Positions 43,301 through 59,400 of a stretch of DNA of 64,000 nt are shown here, in pieces. Both the position numbers and the translations under genes were made by a program. Under the pieces are notes generated by a model that saw only the letters and a program-made list of their open reading frames with translations, did no database searches and was not told where the DNA came from. The stretch is from Eledone cirrhosa (Eukaryota), in the NCBI GenBank assembly GCA_964016885.1, contig OZ024758.1:39432001-39496000 (forward strand), in the 5' to 3' direction. The number at the start of each line of letters is the position of its first letter. Position 1 is the stretch's first letter.

Positions 43301-46300
43301 TTAAATGAATTCTCACCAACATTGGAGTTATTTCTCACAGCTAGTACCATGAACTTAAATGAATTCTCACCAACAGTGGAGTTACTTCTGACAGCTAATA
43401 CCATGAACTTAAATGAATTCACACCAACAGTGGCGTTCCTTCTGACAGCTAATACCATGAACTTAAATGAATTCTCACCAACAGTGGAGTTACTTCTGAC
43501 AGCTAGTACCATGAACTTAAATGAATTCTCACCAACATTGGGGTTACTTCTGACAGCTAGTACCATGAACTTAAATGAATACTCACCAACAGTGGAGTGA
43601 CTTCTGACAGCTAATACCATGAACTTAAATGAATTCTCACCAACATTGGAGTTACTTCTGACAGCTAATACCATGACTTAAATGAATTCTCACCAACAGT
43701 GGAGTTACTTCTGACAGCTAATACCATGAACTTAAATGAATTCTCACCAACATTGGAGTTACTTCTGACAGCGAGTACCATGACTTAAATGAATTCTCAC
43801 CAACATTGGAGTTACTTCTGACAGCTAATACCATGACTTAAATGAATTCTCACCAACAGTGGAGTTACTTCTGACAGCTAATACCATGAACTTAAATGAA
43901 TTCTCACCAACAGTGGAGTTACTTCTGACAGCTAGTACCATGAACTTAAATGAATTCTCACCAACAGTGGAGTTACTTCTGACAGCTAATACCATGAACT
44001 TAAATGAATTCTCACCAACATTGGAGTTACTTCTGACAGCTAATACCATGACTTAAATGAGTTCTCACCAACAGTGGAGTTACTTCTGACAGCTAATACC
44101 ATGAACTTAAATGAATTCTCACCAACATTGGAGTTACTTCTGACAGCTAGTACCATGAACTTAAATGAATTCTCACCAACAGTGGAGTTACTTCTGACAG
44201 CTAATACCATGAACTTAAATGAATTCTCACCAACAGTGGAGTTACTTCTGACAGCTAATACCATGAACTTAAATGAATTCTCACCAACAGTGGAGTTACT
44301 TCTGACAGCTAATACCATGAACTTAAATGAATTTTCACCAACATTGGAGTTACTTCTGACAGCTAGTACCATGACTTAAATGAATTCTCACCAACATTGG
44401 AGTTACTTCTGACAGCTAGTACCATGACTTAAATGAATTCTCACCAACAATAGAGTTACTTCTGACAGCTAATACCATGACTTAAATGAATTCTCACCAA
44501 CAGTGGAGTTACTTCTGACAGCTAATACCATGAACTTAAATGAATTCTCACCAACAGTGGAGTGACTTCTGACAGCTAATACCATGAACTTAAATGAATT
44601 CTCACCAACAGTGGAGTTACTTCTGACAGCTAATACCATGAACTTAAATGAATTCTCACCAACAGTGGAGTTCCTTCTGACAGCTAATACCATGAACTTA
44701 AATGAATTCTGACCAACAGTGGAGTTCCTTCTGACAGCTAATACCATGAACTTAAATGAATTCTCACCAACATTGGAGTTACTTCTGACAACTAATACCA
44801 TGACTTAAATGAATTCTCACCAACAGTGGAGTGACTTCTGACAGCTAATACCATGAACCTAAATGAATTCTCACCAACATTGGAGTGACTTCTGACAGCT
44901 AATACCATGAACTTAAATGAATTCTCACCAACATTGGAGTGACTTCTGACAGCTAATACCATGAACTTAAATGAATTCTCACCAACATTGGTGTTACTTC
45001 TGACAGCTAGTACCATGAACTTAAATGAATTCTCACCAACAGTGGAGTGACTTCTGACAGCTAATACCATGAACCAAAATGAATTCTCACCAACATTGGA
45101 GTGACTTCTGACAGCTAATACCATGAACTTAAATGAATTCTCACCAACAGTGGAGTTACTTCTGACACCTAGTACCATGAACTTAAATGAATTCTCACCA
45201 ACAGTGGAGTTACTTCTGACAGCTAATACCATGAACTTAAATGAATTCTCAGCAACAGTGGAGTTCCTTCTGACAGCTAATACCATGAACTTAAATGAAT
45301 TCTCACCAACATTGGAGTTACTTCTGACAGCTAGTACCATGAACTTAAATGAATTCTCACCAACAGTGGAGTTACTTCTGACAGCTAATACCATGAACTT
45401 AAATGAATTCTCACCAACAGTGGCGTTCCTTCTGACAGCTAATACCATGAACTTAAATGAATTCTCACCAACAGTGGAGTTACTTCTGACAGCTAGTACC
45501 ATGACTTAAATGAATTCTCACCAACATTGGAGTTCCTTCTGACAGCTAATACCATGAACTTAAATGAATTCTCACCAACAGTGGAGTTACTTCTGACAGC
45601 TAATACCATGAACTTAAATGAATTCTCACCAACAGTGGAGTTACTTCTGACAGCTAATACCATGAACTTAAATGAATTCTCACCAACATTGGAGTGACTT
45701 CTGACAGCTAATACCATGAACTTAAATGAATTCTCACCAACATTGGGGTTACTTCTGACAGCTAGTACCATGAACTTAAATGAATTCTCACCAACAGTGG
45801 AGTGACTTCTGACAGCTAATACCATGAACTTAAATGAATTTTCACCAACATTGGAGTTACTTCTGACAGCTAGTACCATGACTTAAATGAATTCTCACCA
45901 ACATTGGAGTTACTTCTGACAGCTAGTACCATGACTTAAATGAATTCTCACCAACAATAGAGTTACTTCTGACAGCTAATACCATGACTTAAATGAATTC
46001 TCACCAACAGTGGAGTTACTTCTGACAGCTAATACCATGAACTTAAATGAATTCTCACCAACAGTGGAGTGACTTCTGACAGCTAATACCATGAACTTAA
46101 ATGAATTCTCACCAACAGTGGAGTTACTTCTGACAGCTAATACCATGAACTTAAATGAATTCTCACCAACAGTGGAGTTCCTTCTGACAGCTAATACCAT
46201 GAACTTAAATGAATTCTGACCAACAGTGGAGTTCCTTCTGACAGCTAATACCATGAACTTAAATGAATTCTCACCAACATTGGAGTTACTTCTGACAACT

Positions 46301-49300
46301 AATACCATGACTTAAATGAATTCTCACCAACAGTGGAGTGACTTCTGACAGCTAATACCATGAACCTAAATGAATTCTCACCAACATTGGAGTGACTTCT
46401 GACAGCTAATACCATGAACTTAAATGAATTCTCACCAACATTGGAGTGACTTCTGACAGCTAATACCATGAACTTAAATGAATTCTCACCAACATTGGTG
46501 TTACTTCTGACAGCTAGTACCATGAACTTAAATGAATTCTCACCAACAGTGGAGTGACTTCTGACAGCTAATACCATGAACCAAAATGAATTCTCACCAA
46601 CATTGGAGTGACTTCTGACAGCTAATACCATGAACTTAAATGAATTCTCACCAACAGTGGAGTTACTTCTGACACCTAGTACCATGAACTTAAATGAATT
46701 CTCACCAACAGTGGAGTTACTTCTGACAGCTAATACCATGAACTTAAATGAATTCTCAGCAACAGTGGAGTTCCTTCTGACAGCTAATACCATGAACTTA
46801 AATGAATTCTCACCAACATTGGAGTTACTTCTGACAGCTAGTACCATGAACTTAAATGAATTCTCACCAACAGTGGAGTTACTTCTGACAGCTAATACCA
46901 TGAACTTAAATGAATTCTCACCAACAGTGGCGTTCCTTCTGACAGCTAATACCATGAACTTAAATGAATTCTCACCAACAGTGGAGTTACTTCTGACAGC
47001 TAGTACCATGACTTAAATGAATTCTCACCAACATTGGAGTTCCTTCTGACAGCTAATACCATGAACTTAAATGAATTCTCACCAACAGTGGAGTTACTTC
47101 TGACAGCTAATACCATGAACTTAAATGAATTCTCACCAACAGTGGAGTTACTTCTGACAGCTAATACCATGAACTTAAATGAATTCTCACCAACATTGGA
47201 GTGACTTCTGACAGCTAATACCATGAACTTAAATGAATTCTCACCAACATTGGGGTTACTTCTGACAGCTAGTACCATGAACTTAAATGAATTCTCACCA
47301 ACAGTGGAGTGACTTCTGACAGCTAATACCATGAACTTAAATGAATTCTCACTAACATTGGAGTTACTTCTGACAGCTAATACCATGACTTAAATGAATT
47401 ATCACCAACAGTGGAGTTACTTCTGACAGCTAATACCATGAACTTAAATGAATTCTCACCAACAGTGGAGTTACTTCTGACAGCTAATACCATGAACTTA
47501 AATGAATTCTCACCAACATTGGAGTTACTTCTGACAGCTAGTACCATGACTTAAATGAATTCTCACCAACATTGGAGTTACTTCTGACAGCTAATACCAT
47601 GACTTAAATGAATTCTCACCAACAGTGGAGTTACTTCTGACAGCTAATACCATGAACTTAAATGAATTCTCACCAACAGTGGAGTTACTTCTGACAGCTA
47701 GTACCATGAACTTAAATGAATTCTCACCAACATTGGAGTTACTTCTGACAACTAATACCATGACTTAAATGAATTCTCACCAACAGTGGAGTTACTTCTG
47801 ACAAACTAATACCATGAACTTAAATGAATTCTCACCAACAGTGGAGTTACTTCTGACAGCTAGTACCATGAACTTAAATGAATTCTCACCAACATTGGAG
47901 TTACTTCTGACAACTAATACCATGACTTAAATGAATTCTCACCAACAGTGGAGTTACTTCTGACAAACTAATACCATGAACTTAAATGAATTCTCACCAA
48001 CAGTGGAGTTACTTCTGACAGCTAGTACCATGAACCTAAATGAATTCTCACCAACAGTGGAGTTACTTCTGACAGCTAATACCATGAACTTAAATGAATT
48101 CTCAGCAACAGTGGAGTTCCTTCTGACAGCTAATACCATGAACTTAAATGAATTCTCACCAACATTGGAGTTATTTCTCACAGCTAGTACCATGAACTTA
48201 AATGAATTCTCACCAACAGTGGAGTTACTTCTGACAGCTAATACCATGAACTTAAATGAATTCACACCAACAGTGGCGTTCCTTCTGACAGCTAATACCA
48301 TGAACTTAAATGAATTCTCACCAACAGTGGAGTTACTTCTGACAGCTAGTACCATGAACTTAAATGAATTCTCACCAACATTGGGGTTACTTCTGACAGC
48401 TAGTACCATGAACTTAAATGAATACTCACCAACAGTGGAGTGACTTCTGACAGCTAATACCATGAACTTAAATGAATTCTCACCAACATTGGAGTTACTT
48501 CTGACAGCTAATACCATGACTTAAATGAATTCTCACCAACAGTGGAGTTACTTCTGACAGCTAATACCATGAACTTAAATGAATTCTCACCAACATTGGA
48601 GTTACTTCTGACAGCGAGTACCATGACTTAAATGAATTCTCACCAACATTGGAGTTACTTCTGACAGCTAATACCATGACTTAAATGAATTCTCACCAAC
48701 AGTGGAGTTACTTCTGACAGCTAATACCATGAACTTAAATGAATTCTCACCAACAGTGGAGTTACTTCTGACAGCTAGTACCATGAACTTAAATGAATTC
48801 TCACCAACAGTGGAGTTACTTCTGACAGCTAATACCATGAACTTAAATGAATTCTCACCAACATTGGAGTTACTTCTGACAGCTAATACCATGACTTAAA
48901 TGAGTTCTCACCAACAGTGGAGTTACTTCTGACAGCTAATACCATGAACTTAAATGAATTCTCACCAACATTGGAGTTACTTCTGACAGCTAGTACCATG
49001 AACTTAAATGAATTCTCACCAACAGTGGAGTTACTTCTGACAGCTAATACCATGAACTTAAATGAATTCTCACCAACAGTAGAGTTACTTCTGACAGCTA
49101 ATACCATGAACTTAAATGAATTCTCACCAACAGTGGAGTTACTTCTGACAGCTAATACCATGAACTTAAATGAATTTTCACCAACATTGGAGTTACTTCT
49201 GACAGCTAGTACCATGACTTAAATGAATTCTCACCAACATTGGAGTTACTTCTGACAGCTAGTACCATGACTTAAATGAATTCTCACCAACAATAGAGTT

Positions 49301-49380
49301 ACTTCTGACAGCTAATACCATGACTTAAATGAATTCTCACCAACAGTGGAGTTACTTCTGACAGCTAATACCATGAACTT
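37330..49380 (+). repeat. Large higher-order repeat in three copies: offsets 3658 bp (68 monomers) then 4843 bp, the latter including a 1507-bp (28-monomer) internal tandem duplication
   Basis: GCGAGTA at 40113/43771/48614 and GAACCAAAA at 38077/41735. Identical ORFs start at 39453/43111/47954. The 1507-bp pairs are 44469/45976, 44792/46299 and TTGGTG at 44988/46495. Confidence 0.9.
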
Positions 49381-49649
49381 AAATGAATTCTCACCAACAG
49401 TGGCGTTCCTTCTGACAGCTAATACCATGAACTTAAATGAATTCTCACCAACAGTGGAGTTACTTCTGACAGCTAGTACCATGATTTAAATGAATTCTCA
49501 CCAACATTGGAGTTCCTTCTGACAGCTAATACCATGAACTTAAATGAATTCTCACCAACAGTGGAGTTCCTTCTGACAGCTAATACCATGAACTTAAATG
49601 AATTCTCACCAACATTGGAGTTACTTCTGACAACTAATACCATGACTTA

Positions 49650-52600
49650 AATGAATTCTCACCAACAGTGGAGTTACTTCTGACAGCTAATACCATGAAC
49701 TTAAATGAATTCTCACCAACATTGGAGTGACTTCTGACAGCTAATACCATGAACTTAAATGAATTCTCACCAACATTGGGGTTACTTCTGACAGCTAGTA
49801 CCATGAACTTAAATGAATTCTCACCAACAGTGGAGTGACTTCTGACAGCTAATACCATGAACCTAAATGAATTCTCACCAACATTGGAGTGACTTCTGAC
49901 AGCTAATACCATGAACTTAAATGAATTCTCACCAACAGTGGAGTTACTTCTGACACCTAGTACCATGAACTTAAATGAATTCTCACCAACAGTGGAGTTA
50001 CTTCTGACAGCGAATACCATGAACTTAAATGAATTCTCACCAACAGTGGAGTTACTTCTGACAGCTAATACCATGAACTTAAATGAATTCTCACCAACAT
50101 TGGAGTTACTTCTGACAACTAATACCATGACTTAAATGAATTCTCACCAACAGTGGAGTTACTTCTGACAAACTAATACCATGAACTTAAATGAATACTC
50201 ACCAACAGTGGAGTTACTTCTGACAGCTAATACCATGAACTTAAATGAATTCTCACCAACATTGGAGTGACTTCTGACAGCTAATACCATGAACTTAAAT
50301 GAATTCTCACCAATATTGGGGTTACTTCTGACAGCTAGTACCATGAACTTAAATGAATTCTCACCAACAGTGGAGTGACTTCTGACAGCTAATACCATGA
50401 ACCTAAATGAATTCTCACCAACATTGGAGTGACTTCTGACAGCTAATACCATGAACTTAAATGAATTCTCACCAACAGTGGAGTTACTTCTGACACCTAG
50501 TACCATGAACTTAAATGAATTCTCACCAACAGTGGAGTTACTTCTGACAGCTAATACCATGAACTTAAATGAATTCTCAGCAACAGTGGAGTTCCTTCTG
50601 ACAGCTAATACCATGAACTTAAATGAATTCTCACCAACATTGGAGTTACTTCTGACAGCTAGTACCATGAACTTAAATGAATTCTCACCAACAGTGGAGT
50701 TACTTCTGACAGCTAATACCATGAACTTAAATGAATTCTCACCAACAGTGGCGTTCCTTCTGACAGCTAATACCATGAACTTAAATGAATTCGCACCAAC
50801 AGTGGAGTTACTTCTGACAGCTAGTACCATGACTTAAATGAATTCTCACCAACATTGGAGTTCCTTCTGACAGCTAATACCATGAACTTAAATGAATTCT
50901 CACCAACAGTGGAGTTACTTCTGTCAGCTAATACCATGAACTTAAATGAATTCTCACCAACAGTGGAGTTACTTCTGACAGCTAATACCATGAACTTAAA
51001 TGAATTCTCAACAACATTGGAGTTACTTCTGACATCTAATACCATGACTTAAATGAATTATCACCAACAGTGGAGTTACTTCTGACAGCTAATACCATGA
51101 ACTTAAATGAATTCTCACCAACATTGGAGTTACTTCTGACAGCTAATACCATGACTTAAATGAATTCTCACGAACAGTGGAGTTACTTCTGACAGCTAAT
51201 ACCATGAACTTAAATGAATTCTCACCAACAGTGGAGTTACTTCTGACAGCTAGTACCATGATTTAAATGAATTCTCACCAACATTGGAGTTCCTTCTGAC
51301 AGCTAATACCATGAACTTAAATGAATTCTGACCAACAGTGGAGTTCCTTCTGACAGCTAATACCATGAACTTAAATGAATTCTCACCAACATTGGAGTTA
51401 CTTCTGACAACTAATACCATGACTTAAATGAATTCTCACCAACAGTGGAGTGACTTCTGACAGCTAATACCATGAACCTAAATGAATTCTCACCAACATT
51501 GGAGTGACTTCTGACAGCTAATACCATGAACTTAAATGAATTCTCACCAACATTGGAGTGACTTCTGACAGCTAATACCATGAACTTAAATGAATTCTCA
51601 CCAACATTGGGGTTACTTCTGACAGCTAGTACCATGAACTTAAATGAATTCTCACCAACAGTGGAGTGACTTCTGACAGCTAATACCATGAACCTAAATG
51701 AATTCTCACCAACATTGGAGTGACTTCTGACAGCTAATACCATGAACTTAAATGAATTCTCACCAACAGTGGAGTTACTTCTGACACCTAGTACCATGAA
51801 CTTAAATGAATTCTCACCAACAGTGGAGTTACTTCTGACAGCTAATACCATGAACTTAAATGAATTCTCAGCAACAGTGGAGTTCCTTCTGACAGCTAAT
51901 ACCATGAACTTAAATGAATTCTCACCAACATTGGAGTTACTTCTGACAGCTAGTACCATGAACTTAAATGAATTCTCACCAACAGTGGAGTTACTTCTGA
52001 CAGCTAATACCATGAACTTAAATGAATTCTCACCAACAGTGGCGTTCCTTCTGACAGCTAATACCATGAACTTAAATGAATTCTCACCAACAGTGGAGTT
52101 ACTTCTGACAGCTAGTACCATGACTTAAATGAATTCTCACCAACATTGGAGTTCCTTCTGACAGCTAATACCATGAACTTAAATGAATTCTCACCAACAG
52201 TGGAGTTACTTCTGACAGCTAATACCATGAACTTAAATGAATTCTCACCAACAGTGGAGTTACTTCTGACAGCTAATACCATGAACTTAAATGAATTCTC
52301 ACCAACATTGGAGTGACTTCTGACAGCTAATACCATGAACTTAAATGAATTCTCACCAACATTGGGGTTACTTCTGACAGCTAGTACCATGAACTTAAAT
52401 GAATTCTCACCAACAGTGGAGTGACTTCTGACAGCTAATACCATGAACTTAAATGAATTCTCACTAACATTGGAGTTACTTCTGACAGCTAATACCATGA
52501 CTTAAATGAATTATCACCAACAGTGGAGTTACTTCTGACAGCTAATACCATGAACTTAAATGAATTCTCACCAACAGTGGAGTTACTTCTGACAGCTAAT

Positions 52601-55600
52601 ACCATAAACTTAAATGAATTCTCACCAACATTGGAGTTACTTCTGACAGCTAGTACCATGACTTAAATGAATTCTCACCAACATTGGAGTTACTTCTGAC
52701 AGCTAATACCATGACTTAAATGAATTCTCACCAACAGTGGAGTTACTTCTGACAAACTAATACCATGAACTTAAATGAATTCTCACCAACAGTGGAGTTA
52801 CTTCTGACAGCTAATACCATGAACTTAAATGAATTCTCACCAACATTGGAGTGACTTCTGACAGCTAATACCATGAACTTAAATGAATTCTCACCAACAT
52901 TGGGGTTACTTCTGACAGCTAGTACCATGAACTTAAATGAATTCTCACCAACAGTGGAGTGACTTCTGACAGCTAATACCATGAACCTAAATGAATTCTC
53001 ACCAACATTGGAGTGACTTCTGACAGCTAATACCATGAACTTAAATGAATTCTCACCAACAGTGGAGTTACTTCTGACACCTAGTACCATGAACTTAAAT
53101 GAATTCTCACCAACAGTGGAGTTACTTCTGACAGCGAATACCATGAACTTAAATGAATTCTCACCAACAGTGGAGTTACTTCTGACAGCTAATACCATGA
53201 ACTTAAATGAATTCTCACCAACATTGGAGTTACTTCTGACAACTAATACCATGACTTAAATGAATTCTCACCAACAGTGGAGTTACTTCTGACAAACTAA
53301 TACCATGAACTTAAATGAATACTCACCAACAGTGGAGTTACTTCTGACAGCTAATACCATGAACTTAAATGAATTCTCACCAACATTGGAGTGACTTCTG
53401 ACAGCTAATACCATGAACTTAAATGAATTCTCACCAACATTGGGGTTACTTCTGACAGCTAGTACCATGAACTTAAATGAATTCTCACCAACAGTGGAGT
53501 GACTTCTGACAGCTAATACCATGAACCTAAATGAATTCTCACCAACATTGGAGTGACTTCTGACAGCTAATACCATGAACTTAAATGAATTCTCACCAAC
53601 AGTGGAGTTACTTCTGACACCTAGTACCATGAACTTAAATGAATTCTCACCAACAGTGGAGTTACTTCTGACAGCTAATACCATGAACTTAAATGAATTC
53701 TCAGCAACAGTGGAGTTCCTTCTGACAGCTAATACCATGAACTTAAATGAATTCTCACCAACATTGGAGTTACTTCTGACAGCTAGTACCATGAACTTAA
53801 ATGAATTCTCACCAACAGTGGAGTTACTTCTGACAGCTAATACCATGAACTTAAATGAATTCTCACCAACAGTGGCGTTCCTTCTGACAGCTAATACCAT
53901 GAACTTAAATGAATTCGCACCAACAGTGGAGTTACTTCTGACAGCTAGTACCATGACTTAAATGAATTCTCACCAACATTGGAGTTCCTTCTGACAGCTA
54001 ATACCATGAACTTAAATGAATTCTCACCAACAGTGGAGTTACTTCTGTCAGCTAATACCATGAACTTAAATGAATTCTCACCAACAGTGGAGTTACTTCT
54101 GACAGCTAATACCATGAACTTAAATGAATTCTCAACAACATTGGAGTTACTTCTGACATCTAATACCATGACTTAAATGAATTATCACCAACAGTGGAGT
54201 TACTTCTGACAGCTAATACCATGAACTTAAATGAATTCTCACCAACATTGGAGTTACTTCTGACAGCTAATACCATGACTTAAATGAATTCTCACGAACA
54301 GTGGAGTTACTTCTGACAGCTAATACCATGAACTTAAATGAATTCTCACCAACAGTGGAGTTACTTCTGACAGCTAGTACCATGATTTAAATGAATTCTC
54401 ACCAACATTGGAGTTCCTTCTGACAGCTAATACCATGAACTTAAATGAATTCTGACCAACAGTGGAGTTCCTTCTGACAGCTAATACCATGAACTTAAAT
54501 GAATTCTCACCAACATTGGAGTTACTTCTGACAACTAATACCATGACTTAAATGAATTCTCACCAACAGTGGAGTTACTTCTGACAGCTAATACCATGAA
54601 CCTAAATGAATTCTCACCAACATTGGAGTGACTTCTGACAGCTAATACCATGAACTTAAATGAATTCTCACCAACATTGGAGTGACTTCTGACAGCTAAT
54701 ACCATGAACTTAAATGAATTCTCACCAACATTGGGGTTACTTCTGACAGCTAGTACCATGAACTTAAATGAATTCTCACCAACAGTGGAGTGACTTCTGA
54801 CAGCTAATACCATGAACCTAAATGCATTCTCACCAACATTGGAGTGACTTCTGACAGCTAATACCATGAACTTAAATGAATTCTCACCAACAGTGGAGTT
54901 ACTTCTGACACCTAGTACCATGAACTTAAATGAATTCTCACCAACAGTGGAGTTACTTCTGACAGCTAATACCATGAACTTAAATGAATTCTCAGCAACA
55001 GTGGAGTTCCTTCTGACAGCTAATACCATGAACTTAAATGAATTCTCACCAACATTGGAGTTACTTCTGACAGCTAGTACCATGAACTTAAATGAATTCT
55101 CACCAACAGTGGAGTTACTTCTGACAGCTAATACCATGAACTTAAATGAATTCTCACCAACAGTGGCGTTCCTTCTGACAGCTAATACCATGAACTTAAA
55201 TGAATTCTCACCAACAGTGGAGTTACTTCTGACAGCTAGTACCATGACTTAAATGAATTCTCACCAACATTGGAGTTCCTTCTGACAGCTAATACCATGA
55301 ACTTAAATGAATTCTCACCAACAGTGGAGTTACTTCTGACAGCTAATACCATGAACTTAAATGAATTCTCACCAACAGTGGAGTTACTTCTGACAGCTAA
55401 TACCATGAACTTAAATGAATTCTCACCAACATTGGAGTGACTTCTGACAGCTAATACCATGAACTTAAATGAATTCTCACCAACATTGGGGTTACTTCTG
55501 ACAGCTAGTACCATGAACTTAAATGAATTCTCACCAACAGTGGAGTGACTTCTGACAGCTAATACCATGAACTTAAATGAATTCTCACTAACATTGGAGT

Positions 55601-55870
55601 TACTTCTGACAGCTAATACCATGACTTAAATGAATTATCACCAACAGTGGAGTTACTTCTGACAGCTAATACCATGAACTTAAATGAATTCTCACCAACA
55701 GTGGAGTTACTTCTGACAGCTAATACCATAAACTTAAATGAATTCTCACCAACATTGGAGTTACTTCTGACAGCTAGTACCATGACTTAAATGAATTCTC
55801 ACCAACATTGGAGTTACTTCTGACAGCTAATACCATGACTTAAATGAATTCTCACCAACAGTGGAGTTAC
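49650..55870 (+). repeat. 3124-bp (58-monomer) tandem duplication; partial further copy at about 59.8-61.5 kb
   Basis: TTCGCACC ~50790/53914/61068, GACATCT ~51031/54155/61471, CCATAAACT 52602/55726 and CACGAAC ~51169/54293. Confidence 0.9.
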
Positions 55871-58800
55871 TTCTGACAGCTAATACCATGAACTTAAATG
55901 AATTCTCACCAACAGTGGAGTTACTTCTGACAGCTAGTACCATGAACTTAAATGAATTCTCACCAACATTGGAGTTACTTCTGACAACTAATACCATGAC
56001 TTAAATGAATTCTCACCAACAGTGGAGTTACTTCTGACAAACTAATACCATGAACTTAAATGAATTCTCACCAACAGTGGAGTTACTTCTGACAGCTAGT
56101 ACCATGAACTTAAATGAATTCTCACCAACATTGGAGTTACTTCTGACAGCTAGTACCATGAACTTAAATGAATTCTCACCAACATTGGAGTTACTTCTGA
56201 CAACTAATACCATGACTTAAATGAATTCTCACCAACAGTGGAGTTACTTCTGACAAACTAATACCATGAACTTAAATGAATTCTCACCAACAGTGGAGTT
56301 ACTTCTGACAGCTAGTACCATGAACTTAAATGAATTCTCACCAACATTGGGGTTACTTCTGACAGCTAGTACCATGAACTTAAATGAATACTCACCAACA
56401 GTGGAGTGACTTCTGACAGCTAATACCATGAACTTAAATGAATTCTCACCAACATTGGAGTTACTTCTGACAGCTAATACCATGACTTAAATGAATTCTC
56501 ACCAACAGTGGAGTTACTTCTGACAGCTAATACCATGAACTTAAATGAATTCTCACCAACATTGGAGTTACTTCTGACAGCTAGTACCATGACTTAAATG
56601 AATTCTCACCAACATTGGAGTTACTTCTGACAGCTAATACCATGACTTAAATGAATTCTCACCAACAGTGGAGTTACTTCTGACAGCTAATACCATGAAC
56701 TTAAATGAATTCTCACCAACAGTGGAGTTACTTCTGACAGCTAGTACCATGAACTTAAATGAATTCTCACCAACAGTGGAGTTACTTCTGACAGCTAATA
56801 CCATGAACTTAAATGAATTCTCACCAACATTGGAGTTACTTCTGACAGCTAATACCATGACTTAAATGAATTCTCACCAACAGTGGAGTTACTTCTGACA
56901 GCTAATACCATGAACTTAAATGAATTCTCACCAACATTGGAGTTACTTCTGACAGCTAGTACCATGAACTTAAATGAATTCTCACCAACAGTGGAGTTAC
57001 TTCTGACAGCTAATACCATGAACTTAAATGAATTCTCACCAACAGTGGAGTTACTTCTGACAGCTAATACCATGAACTTAAATGAATTCTCACCAACAGT
57101 GGAGTTACTTCTGACAGCTAATACCATGAACTTAAATGAATTTTCACCAACATTGGAGTTACTTCTGACAGCTAGTACCATGACTTAAATGAATTCTCAC
57201 CAACATTGGAGTTACTTCTGACAGCTAGTACCATGACTTAAATGAATTCTCACCAACAATAGAGTTACTTCTGACAGCTAATACCATGACTTAAATGAAT
57301 TCTCACCAACAGTGGAGTTACTTCTGACAGCTAATACCATGAACTTAAATGAATTCTCACCAACAGTGGAGTTACTTCTGACAGCTAATACCATGAACTT
57401 AAATGAATTCTCACCAACAGTGGAGTTACTTCTGACAGCTAATACCATGAACTTAAATGAATTCTCACCAACATTGGAGTGACTTCTGACAGCTAATACC
57501 ATGAACTTAAATGAATTCTCACCAACATTGGGGTTACTTCTGACAGCTAGTACCATGAACTTAAATGAATTCTCACCAACAGTGGAGTGACTTCTGACAG
57601 CTAATACCATGAACTTAAATGAATTCTCACTAACATTGGAGTTACTTCTGACAGCTAATACCATGACTTAAATGAATTATCACCAACAGTGGAGTTACTT
57701 CTGACAGCTAATACCATGAACTTAAATGAATTCTCACCAACAGTGGAGTTACTTCTGACAGCTAATACCATAAACTTAAATGAATTCTCACCAACATTGG
57801 AGTTACTTCTGACAGCTAGTACCATGACTTAAATGAATTCTCACCAACATTGGAGTTACTTCTGACAGATAATACCATGACTTAAATGAATTCTCACCAA
57901 CAGTGGAGTTACTTCTGACAGCTAATACCATGAACTTAAATGAATTCTCACCAACAGTGGAGTTACTTCTGACAGCTAGTACCATGAACTTAAATGAATT
58001 CTCACCAACATTGGAGTTACTTCTGACAACTAATACCATGACTTAAATGAATTCTCACCAACAGTGGAGTTACTTCTGACAAACTAATACCATGAACTTA
58101 AATGAATTCTCACCAACAGTGGAGTTACTTCTGACAGCTAGTACCATGAACTTAAATGAATTCTCACCAACATTGGAGTTACTTCTGACAGCTAGTACCA
58201 TGAACTTAAATGAATTCTCACCAACATTGGAGTTACTTCTGACAACTAATACCATGACTTAAATGAATTCTCACCAACAGTGGAGTTACTTCTGACAAAC
58301 TAATACCATGAACTTAAATGAATTCTCACCAACAGTGGAGTTACTTCTGACAGCTAGTACCATGAACTTAAATGAATTCTCACCAACATTGGGGTTACTT
58401 CTGACAGCTAGTACCATGAACTTAAATGAATACTCACCAACAGTGGAGTGACTTCTGACAGCTAATACCATGAACTTAAATGAATTCTCACCAACATTGG
58501 AGTTACTTCTGACAGCTAATACCATGACTTAAATGAATTCTCACCAACAGTGGAGTTACTTCTGACAGCTAATACCATGAACTTAAATGAATTCTCACCA
58601 ACATTGGAGTTACTTCTGACAGCTAGTACCATGACTTAAATGAATTCTCACCAACATTGGAGTTACTTCTGACAGCTAATACCATGACTTAAATGAATTC
58701 TCACCAACAGTGGAGTTACTTCTGACAGCTAATACCATGAACTTAAATGAATTCTCACCAACAGTGGAGTTACTTCTGACAGCTAGTACCATGAACTTAA

Positions 58801-59400
58801 ATGAATTCTCACCAACAGTGGAGTTACTTCTGACAGCTAATACCATGAACTTAAATGAATTCTCACCAACATTGGAGTTACTTCTGACAGCTAATACCAT
58901 GACTTAAATGAATTCTCACCAACAGTGGAGTTACTTCTGACAGCTAATACCATGAACTTAAATGAATTCTCACCAACATTGGAGTTACTTCTGACAGCTA
59001 GTACCATGAACTTAAATGAATTCTCACCAACAGTGGAGTTACTTCTGACAGCTAATACCATGAACTTAAATGAATTCTCACCAACAGTGGAGTTACTTCT
59101 GACAGCTAATACCATGAACTTAAATGAATTCTCACCAACAGTGGAGTTACTTCTGACAGCTAATACCATGAACTTAAATGAATTTTCACCAACATTGGAG
59201 TTACTTCTGACAGCTAGTACCATGACTTAAATGAATTCTCACCAACATTGGAGTTACTTCTGACAGCTAGTACCATGACTTAAATGAATTCTCACCAACA
59301 ATAGAGTTACTTCTGACAGCTAATACCATGACTTAAATGAATTCTCACCAACAGTGGAGTTACTTCTGACAGCTAATACCATGAACTTAAATGAATTCTC
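55300..59400 (+). repeat. 2042-bp (38-monomer) tandem duplication
   Basis: CCATAAACT 55726/57768 and CAATAGAG 57257/59299. Identical ORFs start at 56028/58070, 56244/58286 and 56849/58891. Confidence 0.9.
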